Shown here: positions 1-12,528 of the stretch, piece after piece
Layout of the letters: each line of letters opens with the position of its first letter
Position numbering within the stretch: the stretch's first letter is position 1
DNA from: Proteromonas lacertae
Lineage: Eukaryota
Reading direction: 5' to 3'
Assembly (NCBI GenBank): GCA_002245135.1
Contig: NGBS01000897.1
Span: 1-64,000, forward strand
Length of the DNA stretch: 64,000 nucleotides
Position numbers and translations under genes: made by a program
The notes under the pieces: generated by a model
The model's database searches: none
Seen by the model: only the letters and a program-made list of their open reading frames with translations
Told to the model about the DNA's origin: nothing

Positions 1-260
1 ATAGTTATAATATCTAAAGAAAATGAATATTTTACATTATTAAACCCTGATTGATTATATAGAAAAAGTATTAACTTTCCTTTATAATTAGTTTCTTCTA
101 GAGAATTAATAAACATCTTAATGGAAGATAATGGTAAATCTAAAGCTAATCCAAATATACATATTCTGTAATTAAGAACATATAATAGCTTCATAAATAA
201 TAATATAAAGGATATAATAGAAACATCTAAAATATATTTCATTCTTATCATTATTAGCAT
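1..260 (-). CDS. 5' part of a signal-anchored protein, probably glycosyltransferase-like (runs off window start)
   Basis: Manual translation MLIMIRMKYILDVSIISFILLFMKLLYVLNYRICIFGLALDLPLSSIKMFINSLEETNYKGKLILF..., open to base 1; N-terminal TM segment like its neighbours. Confidence 0.5.
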   Translation of the reverse strand, partial: MLIMIRMKYILDVSIISFILLFMKLLYVLNYRICIFGLALDLPLSSIKMFINSLEETNYKGKLILFLYNQSGFNNVKYSFSLDIIT

Positions 261-391
261 TTCGGTTATAAGCCATAACAATAATTTCTGATTGAAGTGA
301 TGTAGTATTTATTCAAAACCACTATGTTTTTAATAAGCCCTATTAAAATAAGTATTGTATTAATACTATACTGATTTTGCTTTTACTTGAG

Positions 392-882
392 ATAATTTTC
401 AAAATACTTGAGATTTGTTGCTAAATCCTTGAGCTTTTTTCAAGCTCTCTTTTGAAGTAAGATATTTTTCTTCCCAAGTAAATAAATAATCTATCTAAAA
501 ACACAATGTATAATACAAATAATAATTAATTAGATATCTATAAAAATACTTTTAGAATACGAAGATAAAAACTACAATTACTGTTGATATGACTGTATAA
601 ACAATTAAAACGCTTACTAACACTACTTAATTCTATTACGATGATAACTACACCTTATGCAAATTGCTCATTTTTTCATCCTATGAAATACTTGCTTTGT
701 ATAGAAAGTAGCTTTTCCATACACACTATAAGAAGTAATTAGCAACCAATCTAATTTACTACTTTATAATTCTTAGTTAAAATAACAACAATATTGTATA
801 ATTTTTTATCTTTTATAGCTTTATTAAAAATGTCTTACTTCAAATATGATCTTGAAAAAACCTCAACAATTTTGAAAATTAT
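392..882. repeat. Imperfect inverted repeat pair (possible decayed MITE/foldback)
   Basis: Reverse complement of 429-469 matches 826-866 at 35/41 by hand alignment; a further ATTTTGAAAATTAT match (392-405 vs 869-882) follows an indel. Confidence 0.55.
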
Positions 883-912
883 TGTAAAATCACTGCATTA
901 AAAATATATAGT

Positions 913-1752
913 TTAGTTTTTATAATATTCATTTCTGCACAAAAATAATTCATTATAAAGATCAAGATGATGAAGTTTTTGATAATTGTTTAACTTTTCT
1001 TCTTCATACACTTCTATCCCATAATGTTTAGTATAATTAATAAAATCATTATATATATCATATGCCTTTTCTTTTACTGGATTATTTTCTTTTCCAACAT
1101 GAAATTCAGAATATAGTATATCAAATTTTGATAATATATTTGAATTAAGTAAATGTGGAATAATATAATGTTCTTCTCCTTCAATATCGAATTTCATCAC
1201 ATTAAAATCGTTTTTGGGTATATTTTCCATAATAAATTCAATTATATTTATAACTGGCAAAGTTATATTTTTTCTTTTGCGATTATATTTGACATTAGTT
1301 TCATAGTATTTAGATTAAGCAACGTCATTTTTATCAATACTCATAACATCAATCCCACTATATGTGCTAACAATCATAGGGCAATATACATTGAAATTTA
1401 TTAAATCTGAATTTCTTTTTATATTTTCCACAACTTTATATATTCTATTACATAATAAGGGATTTGCTTCAAATATATAAGTAATAAAATTTTTAGAAAT
1501 ATTAACTAATAATTTAGGATAAGGAACTGAATACTTTATGTTATACATAATAATAATGTAAAACCATTCTACAGTATCTCCATTATTAGATCCCAAGTCA
1601 ATGTTATTACCTCTTTTCCATACATCCATGTTATTTCTTTTAACATCATTCTTAACTTTGCACATTTTTAAACTACTTTTATCTATTGTTGTTTTAGCTA
1701 TCAAAAGTAATAAAACAATTATTATTGAAAAAGCTGATGAAAAATTATACAT
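913..1752 (-). pseudogene. FkbM-family SAM methyltransferase with one in-frame stop
   Basis: IDLGSNNGD, FEANP and MKFDIEGEE motifs; ORFs 1315-1752 and 913-1260 are in the same frame, separated only by TAA at 1315-1317 (GCT TAA TCT). Confidence 0.75.
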
Positions 1753-3196
1753 AATCTAAATATTATTTCTATTAAAAACTGCATTAAAAATTCTTTACAT
1801 TCCTTTACTTTCCTAACTGCTAAGTTATTATTTAAACCAAAATTAATTCTATTATTCATATTAAGTGAATTAATTACTAATATTTTATATTTTCCAAACT
1901 TCAATAAATCTAGTTTATATTTAACACTTGTTAAATTTATTATTTTGATTGAATTCAAAGTATATTTTGGTACTTTATGATGTTTAAAAAATGACTATGC
2001 AATATAATAAACATTTATATACATTTTCTCTATATTTTTCTTTCATATATATGTTTAATTCTCTTATACTAAAGCATTTTATATAGGAACAATATTTCAT
2101 TGATAAATAGTAATCATTGCAAATACAGTGAGAGCAATTAAATTTTGGTAATATATATATGCGATTAGTAATGGTTGATAAATATAAACACATCTTAATT
2201 AAGTATTCATCATCATTAATATCATTTAATATTATATCATCTGATTGTATTATTAAATACTTATTTGTAGTTGATGAATAATATCGATTTTTATCGTATT
2301 CATATAGTAACATTTCTTTTTGTCTATATATTTTTGATTCTATTCCAATTATGTAATTATTGTGCCATTGTTATATATGAATAATCTATTCTTTATAACA
2401 ATTTAATACACTAGAATTGTCGTTGTAAAAATGTCTTTTACCATAATAAAAAAATGTAGCACCATTTGCACCAAATACTTTCAGAAATATATTTGCATGT
2501 TACTATTGATGTTCTATGCAAGACTTTATTCCAGTATATTTAATCATTTGAGAAATGTATTGTGTTAGAATATCTTATAATCTCTTTTACAAATATATAG
2601 TTTTATTATTATATCTAGTCAAACTATAATAAATTATTAAAGATAAAATACAATAAACCAGTATTCATTTCATTATTTAAATCTGTTGATGATACAATGT
2701 CAGCATTAAACAGAAGAAAGTAATTTAGAGGATTTCTAAAGAAATATACATCAACATCGCATATAAGTATATTATAATTTTGCTTTATTAAGTATAATAA
2801 TACAAACGTCTTAATCATAGTTATTTTTCCAAAATTTTTTGATCCAAAATCAGTGTTTCCATTTAATGCGTAATTCAAATTATATATAATGATATGATTC
2901 GTATATTGCTTCAGTTCATAATGAGTTTCATAATCAACTACTATAAATATATAATTACTAATATTTAAACTTTTAATTGATGTTAAGAAATAATTAATAA
3001 ATTCATCTAGATAGTGATATGTTACAACTATTGCTATTAATGTTCTATTAAGTGCATATCTATTTAACATAAATTGTATACATTCACTGTGTAATTTGCA
3101 TTTACAGCTATTAAAAGAATGTATAGTAAGAAAAAATAGTAATGAAAAGAATATACAAAAATTGATCATATTATTTTCGTTAATTATATTTAGCAT
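1722..3196 (-). pseudogene. Nucleotide-diphospho-sugar transferase (GT77-like), multi-exon, apparently disrupted
   Basis: TM anchor, ILICDVDVYFFRNP (DxD), NTG, later HNNYIIGIESKIYRQKE; the expected NDQ reads ND-stop and a frameshift is needed near 2590. 3' boundary uncertain. Confidence 0.65.
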
Positions 3197-3299
3197 TTAA
3201 AATATACATTCTAATCAATTAACATGCACAGAATAATTATATTATTTATAATTCAAGTGTTATGTATAGCGTTACTATTTACTGTAAAAAACTACTATT

Positions 3300-4346
3300 A
3301 TGTTTACTAATTATAGATCTATTTTTATTATAATATGTATATGTGTTTTATTGAATTGTTTGTTTTACTTCAATTTTCTTTATACTGTTAAAAGAATTAA
3401 TATTCTTCTAATTTTTCCAATTAAAGGTAGAAATGGTCCTGTTACATTAGCTAAATCCTACATTGACACAATTAGTATATTACAAAGGAATAAGTATATA
3501 ACTAGATTATTTAGAATCATTATAAAAAGAAATATCAGTTTTAAATTATTTCAAAATTATGCTTCTATTTGTAATAACTTGATATGGTTTTTATATCCTG
3601 ATTATTTTGAGTATAGTAGAAATATATCTTTTGCTAAAATGTTCAAGAATACTATTTATGGACCTATTGTTAGTCCTAAAAAATGGTTTAAATTTCCTAT
3701 GAAAAATACATATGAGATGAAATGGTCATATCATATAGAAAATATATTTGCATATGTAGTTCAATCTAATAGAATAAAAGATCATCTTATTAATCATTCA
3801 ACGAAGCTGAATAATATAGAAAGTAAATATTTAGTTTCTCATGGATGTTTATTAACTAAATCTTTATGCTATGTAAATTTATGGGATGAAAGAAAAATAG
3901 ATATTCTAGTTTATGTGAAATTTGCAGATGCAAATAAAGAAGAAGAATTATGTTACTTAATTAATTTATTAAATTCAACATTTACTATAAAAATTATAAG
4001 ATATGGATACCATACTCAAAATTCTTTGGCATATTTCTCCAATAATTGTAAAATACTATTATATTTTTCATTTTATGACTGTTGGCCATCATCTCTGATG
4101 GAAATGCAAAACATGGGAATTTATCCTATAGTGCAGCAGTGTGAGTTGATTGAATACTATGGAAGATGTATTCAACATTTTGATTTACATTTAAATGAGA
4201 TATTTCATATTATTAAAAATGAATTATCTAAGAAATATAACAGCAAAGACATTTCAAGTTACTACTTAAGAAGAAATAATTGTTTAGATATATTAAAATC
4301 AACCTTAATTAAGATATACAAAAGAAAACTTCTAGCTATAAATTAG
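3300..4346 (+). CDS. Putative glycosyltransferase (GT-B/GT4-like C-terminus), type II membrane protein
   Basis: 348 aa single ORF, N-terminal TM, FSFYDCWPSSLMEMQNMGIYPI resembles the GT-B donor-binding motif. Confidence 0.55.
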   Translation: MFTNYRSIFIIICICVLLNCLFYFNFLYTVKRINILLIFPIKGRNGPVTLAKSYIDTISILQRNKYITRLFRIIIKRNISFKLFQNYASICNNLIWFLYPDYFEYSRNISFAKMFKNTIYGPIVSPKKWFKFPMKNTYEMKWSYHIENIFAYVVQSNRIKDHLINHSTKLNNIESKYLVSHGCLLTKSLCYVNLWDERKIDILVYVKFADANKEEELCYLINLLNSTFTIKIIRYGYHTQNSLAYFSNNCKILLYFSFYDCWPSSLMEMQNMGIYPIVQQCELIEYYGRCIQHFDLHLNEIFHIIKNELSKKYNSKDISSYYLRRNNCLDILKSTLIKIYKRKLLAIN

Positions 4347-4348
4347 TT

Positions 4349-5131
4349 TCAATAAAGCCACAAACTACATATCCCTTTTCTTGTACTATTTATACCTATG
4401 TGTTTCATAACAGATTGGCATTTCGTACTATTCTTCCTGCCATATAGTCCTTTATAAGTAAAAGCCAATTTATACTTTTGTTTTCTAAAGAATTGAGATG
4501 TTGAATATTCATCTTTATAGTAATGTAACTTTTTTAAATTTATTGTCCTGTAAATACTTGCACCATTTGTGAAACAATATCTATTCTTGGGCGGATTTAA
4601 TATGTATAATAAATGAGTACCAATTATTGATGTTATTTCGATGCTGTAATCAATATTAACATCTGATGTTTCTCTTAATAATATACCATATACTTCATAT
4701 ACTTGTTGTAATATTAACATTGATTCCATAATAAATGAAGGATGAATTATTCTTTTTTCAACATCATGGAATACTTCCCAATCTTCTTCAAGCAATAATA
4801 CAAATTCTGTATAAATAATAGAAAAAACAATATTAAATGAGATTCCATACCCTTCAGGATTCATATATATAGAATTATAAATTTTATATTTTTTTACAAT
4901 ATCATATCTTTGAATTGTTCCCTGATCAATAAAGATTATGTTATATAATAAAGTGTTTTCATATTTAAGGATATGATGATAAAACGCAAATATTGTTCTG
5001 TTTAAATAGAATAACCTGTTACATGAAAATATGGCAATTAATAATCTACTACTTGAATTAGTATTTTTTAATTTGAAATAACAATAATTGAATATAATTG
5101 CAATAAAAAATATTATTTTTAACTGTAACAT
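4349..5131 (-). CDS. GT2-like (GT-A fold) glycosyltransferase
   Basis: TM anchor; IFSCNRLFYLNRT, FIDQGT, VLLLEEDW motifs; paralogue of 6969-7802. Confidence 0.7.
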   Translation of the reverse strand: MLQLKIIFFIAIIFNYCYFKLKNTNSSSRLLIAIFSCNRLFYLNRTIFAFYHHILKYENTLLYNIIFIDQGTIQRYDIVKKYKIYNSIYMNPEGYGISFNIVFSIIYTEFVLLLEEDWEVFHDVEKRIIHPSFIMESMLILQQVYEVYGILLRETSDVNIDYSIEITSIIGTHLLYILNPPKNRYCFTNGASIYRTINLKKLHYYKDEYSTSQFFRKQKYKLAFTYKGLYGRKNSTKCQSVMKHIGINSTRKGICSLWLY

Positions 5132-5205
5132 AATGAAAAGTAATTGAAATGTATATAATAATAATAATATTTATACATGAAAGAAAAATATGAGATATAA
5201 TTCAT

Positions 5206-6957
5206 TCATATAAAATCCATTCTCATTATTAAAGATATGTTATTATATCGATATTGTTTTTTCTTTTTTAATTTTATTTCTAGGTTTAAATCTTTACGAA
5301 GCGAAAGTGTAAAGCTAATTGTAAGATGATGTGATCCAATAAATATTGAATAATTATTTTTAAAAAGATTACATCTATTATTTGTGCAAATCCATTTTAT
5401 TGTATTAATATATTTAATTCTTTTATTTCTAATTAAAGGAAACAATATCACGCTTGCATTTATTCCTAATATTGAAAAAGTATAATTAATTCCATCTTCT
5501 GGATTAATAAAAACATCTTTATAGTGATAAGGAGTATCTTGTATAATATACAATTCATTTTCTAAATGCTTTAATAAATAATTCATAAAATTATAAAAAG
5601 AAGCTATATTCTTTATATTTGTGCAATTATAACATATTCCCAGAAAGTTTGACATAATTATATATTTTATTTCTATTACTGATATATAATATTTAAGTTT
5701 CTTATGTTCTTTAAAAAGTATATAATCTATCCAATAATGATAATATATTACCCTATAATATACTATGTTTTCATTCATTAATATATCAGGAATCCATTGC
5801 ATTATGTGTGAATCTCCCATTATAAGAACAACATTCTTGTGTCTTTTGTATTTATATTTAATAAATATTCTATTTAATCTTTTCCATTCATTATTAGCAT
5901 CTGTTCTCGTTAAATATCTTCTTAAGGAAGAAATTGAATGAATTCTTATATTTAAGAAAATAATAAAGATAAGTTCAATAAGTATAAAATAGATAATTGT
6001 GTATCTTGGATTTGAATTTAATATTACTCTATTATTTTCAATTGTATAATATAATATATGTGATATTAATATATTTAATAATAAAACAAGGCAATAGTTT
6101 GTTTCTTTATAGGAATTAAGCATATATAATATTGGATAATGAACTAAATATAAGGATAAGGATATTTTACCAATATACTGATATAAATATGATGATAGTA
6201 TATTTTCTGAGTTGCAAATAATAATTATAAATACTATAAACAAAAACAATATATTCAATTGAAAAGAAAGCTTATAAGACTTTGGATTTATATTAATTAT
6301 CAAATAAATATATAGTAATGAAAATAAATTGGATAATTTTGAGTTTATTATTTCTATTTTTAATAATGCTATAACAATACCTATAATAAATTCCCATAAT
6401 CTAGAGCTTAGCAAATAGTATAATCTATTGAAATTGTTAATAAAGTAGATTGTATATAAACATGAATACAAGAAACATATTATTATAAAATAAAAAACAT
6501 AATTATTATCTCTATTCAGAATGAAAATAGAGAAGAATACATAGTATTGTTCCTGTAAAGAATAATACCAATAATGTAAATTAAGCGATAAATTTAAAGA
6601 ATCTCCAAAATAATCTATTGCTTTAACAAAGAAATGAATATTTGAGTAACCTAAAATAGATGAAAGTAAATCACAGTATATTACCTCCAATTTGGATTTT
6701 GGAATAAAGATATATGATAGTATATAACATATAAATATAACAGTATAACCAATTGGAATAATCCTTTTTATTCTTTGTGTAATATATATAAATTTATTTA
6801 TTGAGTGTTTAGTCAGTATAGAAAAATATCCTGATAAAAGAATGAAAACATCAACTGCAAGATATCCACATTTAAATATACTAGGCAAAGAATGATAAAA
6901 ATAAATAAATAAACATGATATTCCCCTTAATCCATTAAGGTCTTTTCTTATTTTCAT
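5206..6957 (-). CDS. O-acyltransferase, acyltransferase-3 (OafA/YrhL-type) membrane domain fused to SGNH domain
   Basis: DLNGLRG, GYLAVDVFILLSGY, RIKRIIP, HYWYYSLQEQYY, RLWEF, IGKISLSLYLVHYP; C-terminal GDSH and HHLT; 583 aa, no introns needed. Confidence 0.9.
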   Translation of the reverse strand: MKIRKDLNGLRGISCLFIYFYHSLPSIFKCGYLAVDVFILLSGYFSILTKHSINKFIYITQRIKRIIPIGYTVIFICYILSYIFIPKSKLEVIYCDLLSSILGYSNIHFFVKAIDYFGDSLNLSLNLHYWYYSLQEQYYVFFSIFILNRDNNYVFYFIIICFLYSCLYTIYFINNFNRLYYLLSSRLWEFIIGIVIALLKIEIINSKLSNLFSLLYIYLIININPKSYKLSFQLNILFLFIVFIIIICNSENILSSYLYQYIGKISLSLYLVHYPILYMLNSYKETNYCLVLLLNILISHILYYTIENNRVILNSNPRYTIIYFILIELIFIIFLNIRIHSISSLRRYLTRTDANNEWKRLNRIFIKYKYKRHKNVVLIMGDSHIMQWIPDILMNENIVYYRVIYYHYWIDYILFKEHKKLKYYISVIEIKYIIMSNFLGICYNCTNIKNIASFYNFMNYLLKHLENELYIIQDTPYHYKDVFINPEDGINYTFSILGINASVILFPLIRNKRIKYINTIKWICTNNRCNLFKNNYSIFIGSHHLTISFTLSLRKDLNLEIKLKKKKQYRYNNISLIMRMDFI

Positions 6958-6968
6958 ATTTTAAACAC

Positions 6969-7802
6969 ATGTTTATAAAAAGACATTCATTTATGAAATT
7001 TTATGTTAATATATATTGTCTATTGTATTTATTTTTATCATTTATTATATTTCTTTTAAATCTAGGGGAATATGTAATAAAAAAAAATGATATATTAATA
7101 TTTCTTTTCTCTTGTAATAGAGATTATTTTTTAAATATAACACTAAAAAGTATGTTCAATCATTTGAATAACTATGATAATAATATTTATTACACATTAA
7201 TATATTCAGATAGCGGTACTATTAGCAGAGATTATTTTATAATATATTATAAACTAAATAATGTTATGTATTTTAATCCAAGTAAAGATAATTATGTTTA
7301 TAATGTCGCATTTTCAATGTTATACAAAAAATATGTTCTATTTATGGAAGATGATAGACCTTTTATAGAAAATATAGAAAAGAAAATTATTTACAAAAAC
7401 TATATTGAAGAAAGCATAGCTATAATGGAAATTAGTAAGTTATTATATGGAATAACATTTAAACCAGATATACCAGCAAAAATTAAAACAGTAACTATAA
7501 AAAGTAATTTAGGATATCATGTTTTATGTATAGTGTTTAAGCCAAAAGGAGATTATTATTTTGTTAATGGACCAACAATATACAAGACACATTATCTTAA
7601 TTTGTTAAAATATTATAAAAATGAACATAATTCAGCTTTATTTTTCAAGAATCAAAGCGTATATTATGGCTATACATACAAAAATTTAAATTGTTCTGAT
7701 GAATTCTATTCAATAAAATGTCAAAGTGTATCTCTCCATTTAGATTATAATAGAAAATTCTCCACTAATCGCAATAATCAATGTAATAATTATTTGTACT
7801 GA
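6969..7802 (+). CDS. GT2-like (GT-A fold) glycosyltransferase
   Basis: TM anchor; FSCNRDYFLNIT, YSDSGT, LFMEDDR; paralogue of 4349-5131. True start may be the second Met (6993). Confidence 0.7.
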   Translation: MFIKRHSFMKFYVNIYCLLYLFLSFIIFLLNLGEYVIKKNDILIFLFSCNRDYFLNITLKSMFNHLNNYDNNIYYTLIYSDSGTISRDYFIIYYKLNNVMYFNPSKDNYVYNVAFSMLYKKYVLFMEDDRPFIENIEKKIIYKNYIEESIAIMEISKLLYGITFKPDIPAKIKTVTIKSNLGYHVLCIVFKPKGDYYFVNGPTIYKTHYLNLLKYYKNEHNSALFFKNQSVYYGYTYKNLNCSDEFYSIKCQSVSLHLDYNRKFSTNRNNQCNNYLY

Positions 7803-7823
7803 TTAATCTAGTACTATATGTCA

Positions 7824-9287
7824 CTAGTGGCAATAACATCCACCGCTTATATTATAGTTTTTACATGAATTTGTTATAGGTATATCATGTAGTAAAGATT
7901 TATATATGTATTTTTTATTCTATTAGATTGGTATATTTAATTATACAGTGATAGGATTAGAAAAATATAATAATGTATTGTATATTTCAAATGCAGTAAC
8001 AAATTTGAATTGATTTTGATATAATGTATTTTTTAATTTATTATGTTTTATGAAAAATGTTTTTGGCATAATCTATTATATAGCTTTGAATAATATACCA
8101 TAACTAAGATAGGTAATGCTCTTTCTGCTCTTCCGAACTATATAATATATATATATATATATATAAATTATACTTCTTTTTGAGAATATTTTCCATAATG
8201 CATACCATGATCTGAAATAATGAAATTTATTGAATTATTCATAAAACCAAAATCTATATCTAGTAGAGTTATTCAATACCTTCTAAATGTTGTAAATGTT
8301 TAGCAAAATCATCATCAACTCTAGTTATTGATAAAAATGATGGTTCATGTGGTTCAATAAATGATGTATAAGAAAATATTTTATTTTCTCTTTTAGAATA
8401 ATATTTCAAAGAATCCTCTAAATATTCTAGTTGCCATTGATGTTGCTGTTTATTTCCGATGCATCTAGGTTTAGAACCATAATTATAAATCTTAATAATA
8501 TCATTGCAGCTAGGTTGAAAATTGTGATTAATATTGGAAAATACATTGTTATGGCAATAAAATGATAAATTCTTATCACATTCTGCAAGATTTGAAATAA
8601 CTATAAAATTGTTCTTTTTAAAAGATTTATATATAAATTCCTTTGGTGTTTCATTATAATAACATCCAAAAAACATTGGTTTTATATTAGGCCTTGAGTT
8701 ATAACCAATTGTATGATATAATTCAAAACTATATACATAATAATTCCTTTTTAACCTATTAATCATCCGGTTGGTTGAAAGCATTTGAGAATAAAATCGA
8801 TATCTCGATAATGCATCAAATAAATAAATGTTTATTGACAAACTATTATCCCTTACATTATTTCCTTTTGGCTTTTGAGGTATAAAATGGAATAAATATT
8901 CTATTTTATTACTACCTTTCATTATCTTATTTGACTCATGTTTTAAATTATATATATCATTTGCCTAATTTAAAATATACAATATACCTTAAAGTATTTT
9001 TTATTGCAAATTAATTTTGTATTATAAAACCAAAATTCTATAAATTTTACATTATCATTGAATTTCACTACACTTCCATTCAAAGAATATAATGTATTTG
9101 TTATGCAATTAAAATTTGTCTTTTTAGGAAATGTATAATTACTTTTTAAATAACAAGGAATTTTACAAATTTTGCTTTTTCTATTTACAGCGTTATATTT
9201 ACATAATGAATAAGATCTTTCATTTTCATTTTTGATAATTATCGCAATTGAGAATATTATTATAAAAAATATAGTAGAATATAACAT
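7824..9287 (-). CDS. DUF229-like protein (alkaline phosphatase/sulfatase superfamily), multi-exon
   Basis: FDALSR, YHTIGYNSRPN, RCIG, EPHE, SDHGMHYG, ERALP, FVTAFEIYNTL and terminal SLLHDIP..C..CYCH-stop spread over exons; integrity of 3' exons not fully resolved. Confidence 0.7.
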
Positions 9288-9326
9288 TAATATATATAAA
9301 TTTTAATTTTATAGGTAGTTAAATAT

Positions 9327-10208
9327 TTATTGTAATTTCAATTTTCTTTTAGCAACAATATTATTTTTAATGGTTTTTTTACAATCAAATTTCCTTATAA
9401 TTTCATATCCTATACTAGTAAGAATTTTAAACATCTTTTCTATTTCATATTTCCCTTCGTCATCTTTTTTTCCGCAATCTACTTCTATATGAATAAATTC
9501 AGCTACGTGTTTTTTGAAAAATTCTTTTCCTCCTTCAATTAGATCATATTCTCCACCTTCCACATCAATTTTTATCATAGATATTTTAGTAGGTATTAGT
9601 TTATCAAAATTATCTAGTTTTTTTACTTGTATTGATTCTATATATTCATTGTGTTGATAATATAAAGATGAATATCCCCAGTTATTTTTTTTTATACTCA
9701 TAATCTTCTCTTCATCATTCTTTCCAATTGCATAAGGATATATTGTAATATATTTAGAAAATTTGGGATTACTAAATGTAGTCAAACTAAAAGGAAATAA
9801 GTTATTAGGAAGTGGCTCAAATGCATATACTTTCACACCAGCATATGCAAAAACAAAAGAGCAAGATCCTATATTTGCTCCAAAATCTAAAAAAATCCCA
9901 TCTTTCTTTCCTGATAAATATATATCATATATATCTTGACACTCATGCCATATACCTTGTTTTCTAATCTTGTTTGATATATAATCATTACTTCTTATAA
10001 CTTGTGAAAATGTCATGTTTGTATAATTTGTTTTAACAAAAAAATATGCTTGTTCATTTAGTATAGTTGGAACAATAACATGTTTTACTGAAATAATTTT
10101 TTGGATTTTATCAGAAGTTATTAATAGCATAGTTCTCCTATTGTTGAATATAAAACACATAAGTACAATAATTAATATAAATATCACTTCATTCATTATC
10201 ATTATCAT
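9327..10208 (-). CDS. FkbM-family SAM-dependent methyltransferase, signal-anchored
   Basis: FLDFGANIGS, VYAFEP, IKIDVEGGE motifs; intact 293 aa ORF. Confidence 0.9.
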   Translation of the reverse strand: MIMIMNEVIFILIIVLMCFIFNNRRTMLLITSDKIQKIISVKHVIVPTILNEQAYFFVKTNYTNMTFSQVIRSNDYISNKIRKQGIWHECQDIYDIYLSGKKDGIFLDFGANIGSCSFVFAYAGVKVYAFEPLPNNLFPFSLTTFSNPKFSKYITIYPYAIGKNDEEKIMSIKKNNWGYSSLYYQHNEYIESIQVKKLDNFDKLIPTKISMIKIDVEGGEYDLIEGGKEFFKKHVAEFIHIEVDCGKKDDEGKYEIEKMFKILTSIGYEIIRKFDCKKTIKNNIVAKRKLKLQ

Positions 10209-10234
10209 AGATTTATAATATGAATAAATATATA

Positions 10235-12528
10235 CAGTCAGAACCCGATAGTTCGGAATGTCAAATCTGATGAAACGGACAAAAATTCTGAATTATAGTT
10301 TTTTTATAACTAACATATCAATTAACTATCTGTAATATTCCACATATATGTATTTTTAATGAATAAACAAAATAGGAAAAGTTGTATATTAAGCTTGTGC
10401 CTAATAGCTTTTAATTAGCATGTAGTTTACTTATGAAGCTCAGATTATTTTTAGCATTAAGAAATACAAAGATGCATAAGAATATTTAATTATAATAAAC
10501 GAAAACCCTCTGAAACCAGGTTCAATCGATTGAGAACGTGCTTAAATGTAATGAATTGATTATCTATAATAGATTCAAAGCCTCCTTCAAATCCACAATT
10601 AAACTTTCACATCCAGATGTTATTCTATTTTTTATAGAAGAATTTAAGATATTAACAGCTGAAGTTGTGTTTTATGAATATTTTATTGCTTTTTTCATTG
10701 ATGCAGCTTGATTATCAACTTGTATTTTATCTTTTAGAGATAGTTTTGCTAGCTGCTCATCGATTACTGTTACTTGGATTATATGTGGAAGATCTTCAGA
10801 TATATAAGGTAGAAGATCTGCAATAATGTTGGCTTTGTATAAAGTAGAACTAGACATAAATATATCTTTACAGTTTCTTTTACGTAAATCTTTAATGTTA
10901 TTAACTATATCATATAATTCTACATTCATATAATTATTTTCATCATCGCTTATTGGTTCAATCATCAAAAGTTGTCTTTTTAATTGTTGGAGTTGATTAT
11001 CAGAAGGAATTGTTGAATCTATCCAACAGTTGATAACTGTTGAACTTTTTAGGTTTTGATGGACAATAGTCATGAAGTAAATAGCGTCAGCAATAGTAGG
11101 GTTGTTGCCAATTTTTAATCCTCCTTGACCGTTGGGTATATCCTTAAAGGTTTTCTTTAGTAAGTCATAATGATCTATTGTAAATACACACTCTTTTAGT
11201 ATTAATGATTTATAATTACATTTCATAGATTGGATAATTCCTTGATCTAATGGTTGATATATGCTTGTCGTATTAGGTGGAAGGTATATTATTTCTATAT
11301 TATTGTAGGTAAATTGGATATTCTTTGGATGTGAAGAACAGTTGTCCATTATTAGCAGAATTTTTCTATTTGGAAGTTTTGAGTTTACTGTCGGTATAAA
11401 TACATTTGTCATCCAATAATTAAACACTTTCCCATCCATCCAGCCGTTGCATTGATGAATATAATATTTCTGAGACGAAATAAAGCAATTAGGTTTGACT
11501 GATTTTCCTATATACAGTAGGGGTATGTTTACTGTATTATTCATATTTACAGTAATAACAATAGACAACCTGGATTTAGAAATCTTACATCCACGTATAT
11601 GTTGTATATCTGATTCTGGAACAACACATGTATTCGGCAAAACCATGTAAAAAAGTCCAGTTTCGTCCATATTAAATACACATTAAATTGGATATTTATT
11701 CAGTTTTTTCCTTAAATCAGTAATATCAACATGAGGTGCAGATGAAGCTTCACCTTGTAATGAGGTTGAAAAGAGTCTCTTTCTATCCATAAAATTTTGA
11801 ATTAAGTGTTTACTGAGTTTTGGAACAGGAATGTAGTCTGCTACTAATTGATGTGCTTTAATTAATAGTATTGATGCATTTATAGGAATATGAGCTATTG
11901 GGTACATATTATATGCATTTATAAACCAGTTATATAGCTGATTTTCTAATTCTGGGTATTTAGACTTTCTTTCTCTTTTTTTGTAGAATTACGGCAGGAA
12001 GGATCCATATATTGTTGATTTACCTACTTCATATTCTGTACTAACGTTTTCAATGGTTGTTTCTTCGTTAAGTATATTATTTACTATTTCTGCTTTAGTA
12101 ACAAGTTTTTAGCGGTTCTTTCAAATTTTAGCTTGAGCCAAATGTTTTTTTCTTCTAATACTCTCAACTTCATCATCAAATTAACACAATTAAAATTCAT
12201 ATATGCATAACGCTAAATAGAGTGTAAAAGAAAAATACATTACAAGTTTTAATTGTCTAGTATTTTTGCCTCATAGTTGTTGTTAGTAATAAATTACGAA
12301 AGATGTATACAAATAGCATATAATAATACTTTGTATATTTATTTTTGTGAAAATAAGAACAGATCTTTCGTAAAGCTAATCTAATCTAAAACCATACTAA
12401 ATTTCTCAAGAATAATGTGTTTTGATGAATTATGAAGGTTAAATGAATTTATTATACACACAAAAAGCAAAAACTAGAAAAAATAAAAATTCTGAATTAA
12501 AAAAGTCCGAACTATCGGGTTCTGACTG
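10235..12528 (-). mobile_element. pogo/Tigger-type (Tc1/mariner superfamily) DNA transposon, 2294 bp
   Basis: Perfect 23-bp TIRs CAGTCAGAACCCGATAGTTCGGA (10235-10257) and its reverse complement (12506-12528), flanked by TA on both sides; internal DDE_1 transposase. Confidence 0.95.
10672..12100 (-). pseudogene. pogo/CENP-B-like transposase (HTH + DDE_1), disrupted
   Basis: KYPELENQLYNWF HTH segment; FNMDETGLFY, LLIMDNCSSH, LPPNTTSIYQPLDQGII; in-frame TAA at 11683-11685; 5' end degenerate and approximate. Confidence 0.85.

Noticed and set aside
1315..11685. TAA reassignment/readthrough suggested by in-frame TAA in FkbM, GT77 and transposase
   Set aside because: TAA terminates conserved genes (RPS4, CNOT11, TYW2) and none of their long exons contain in-frame TAA; nonsense mutations or errors are simpler.
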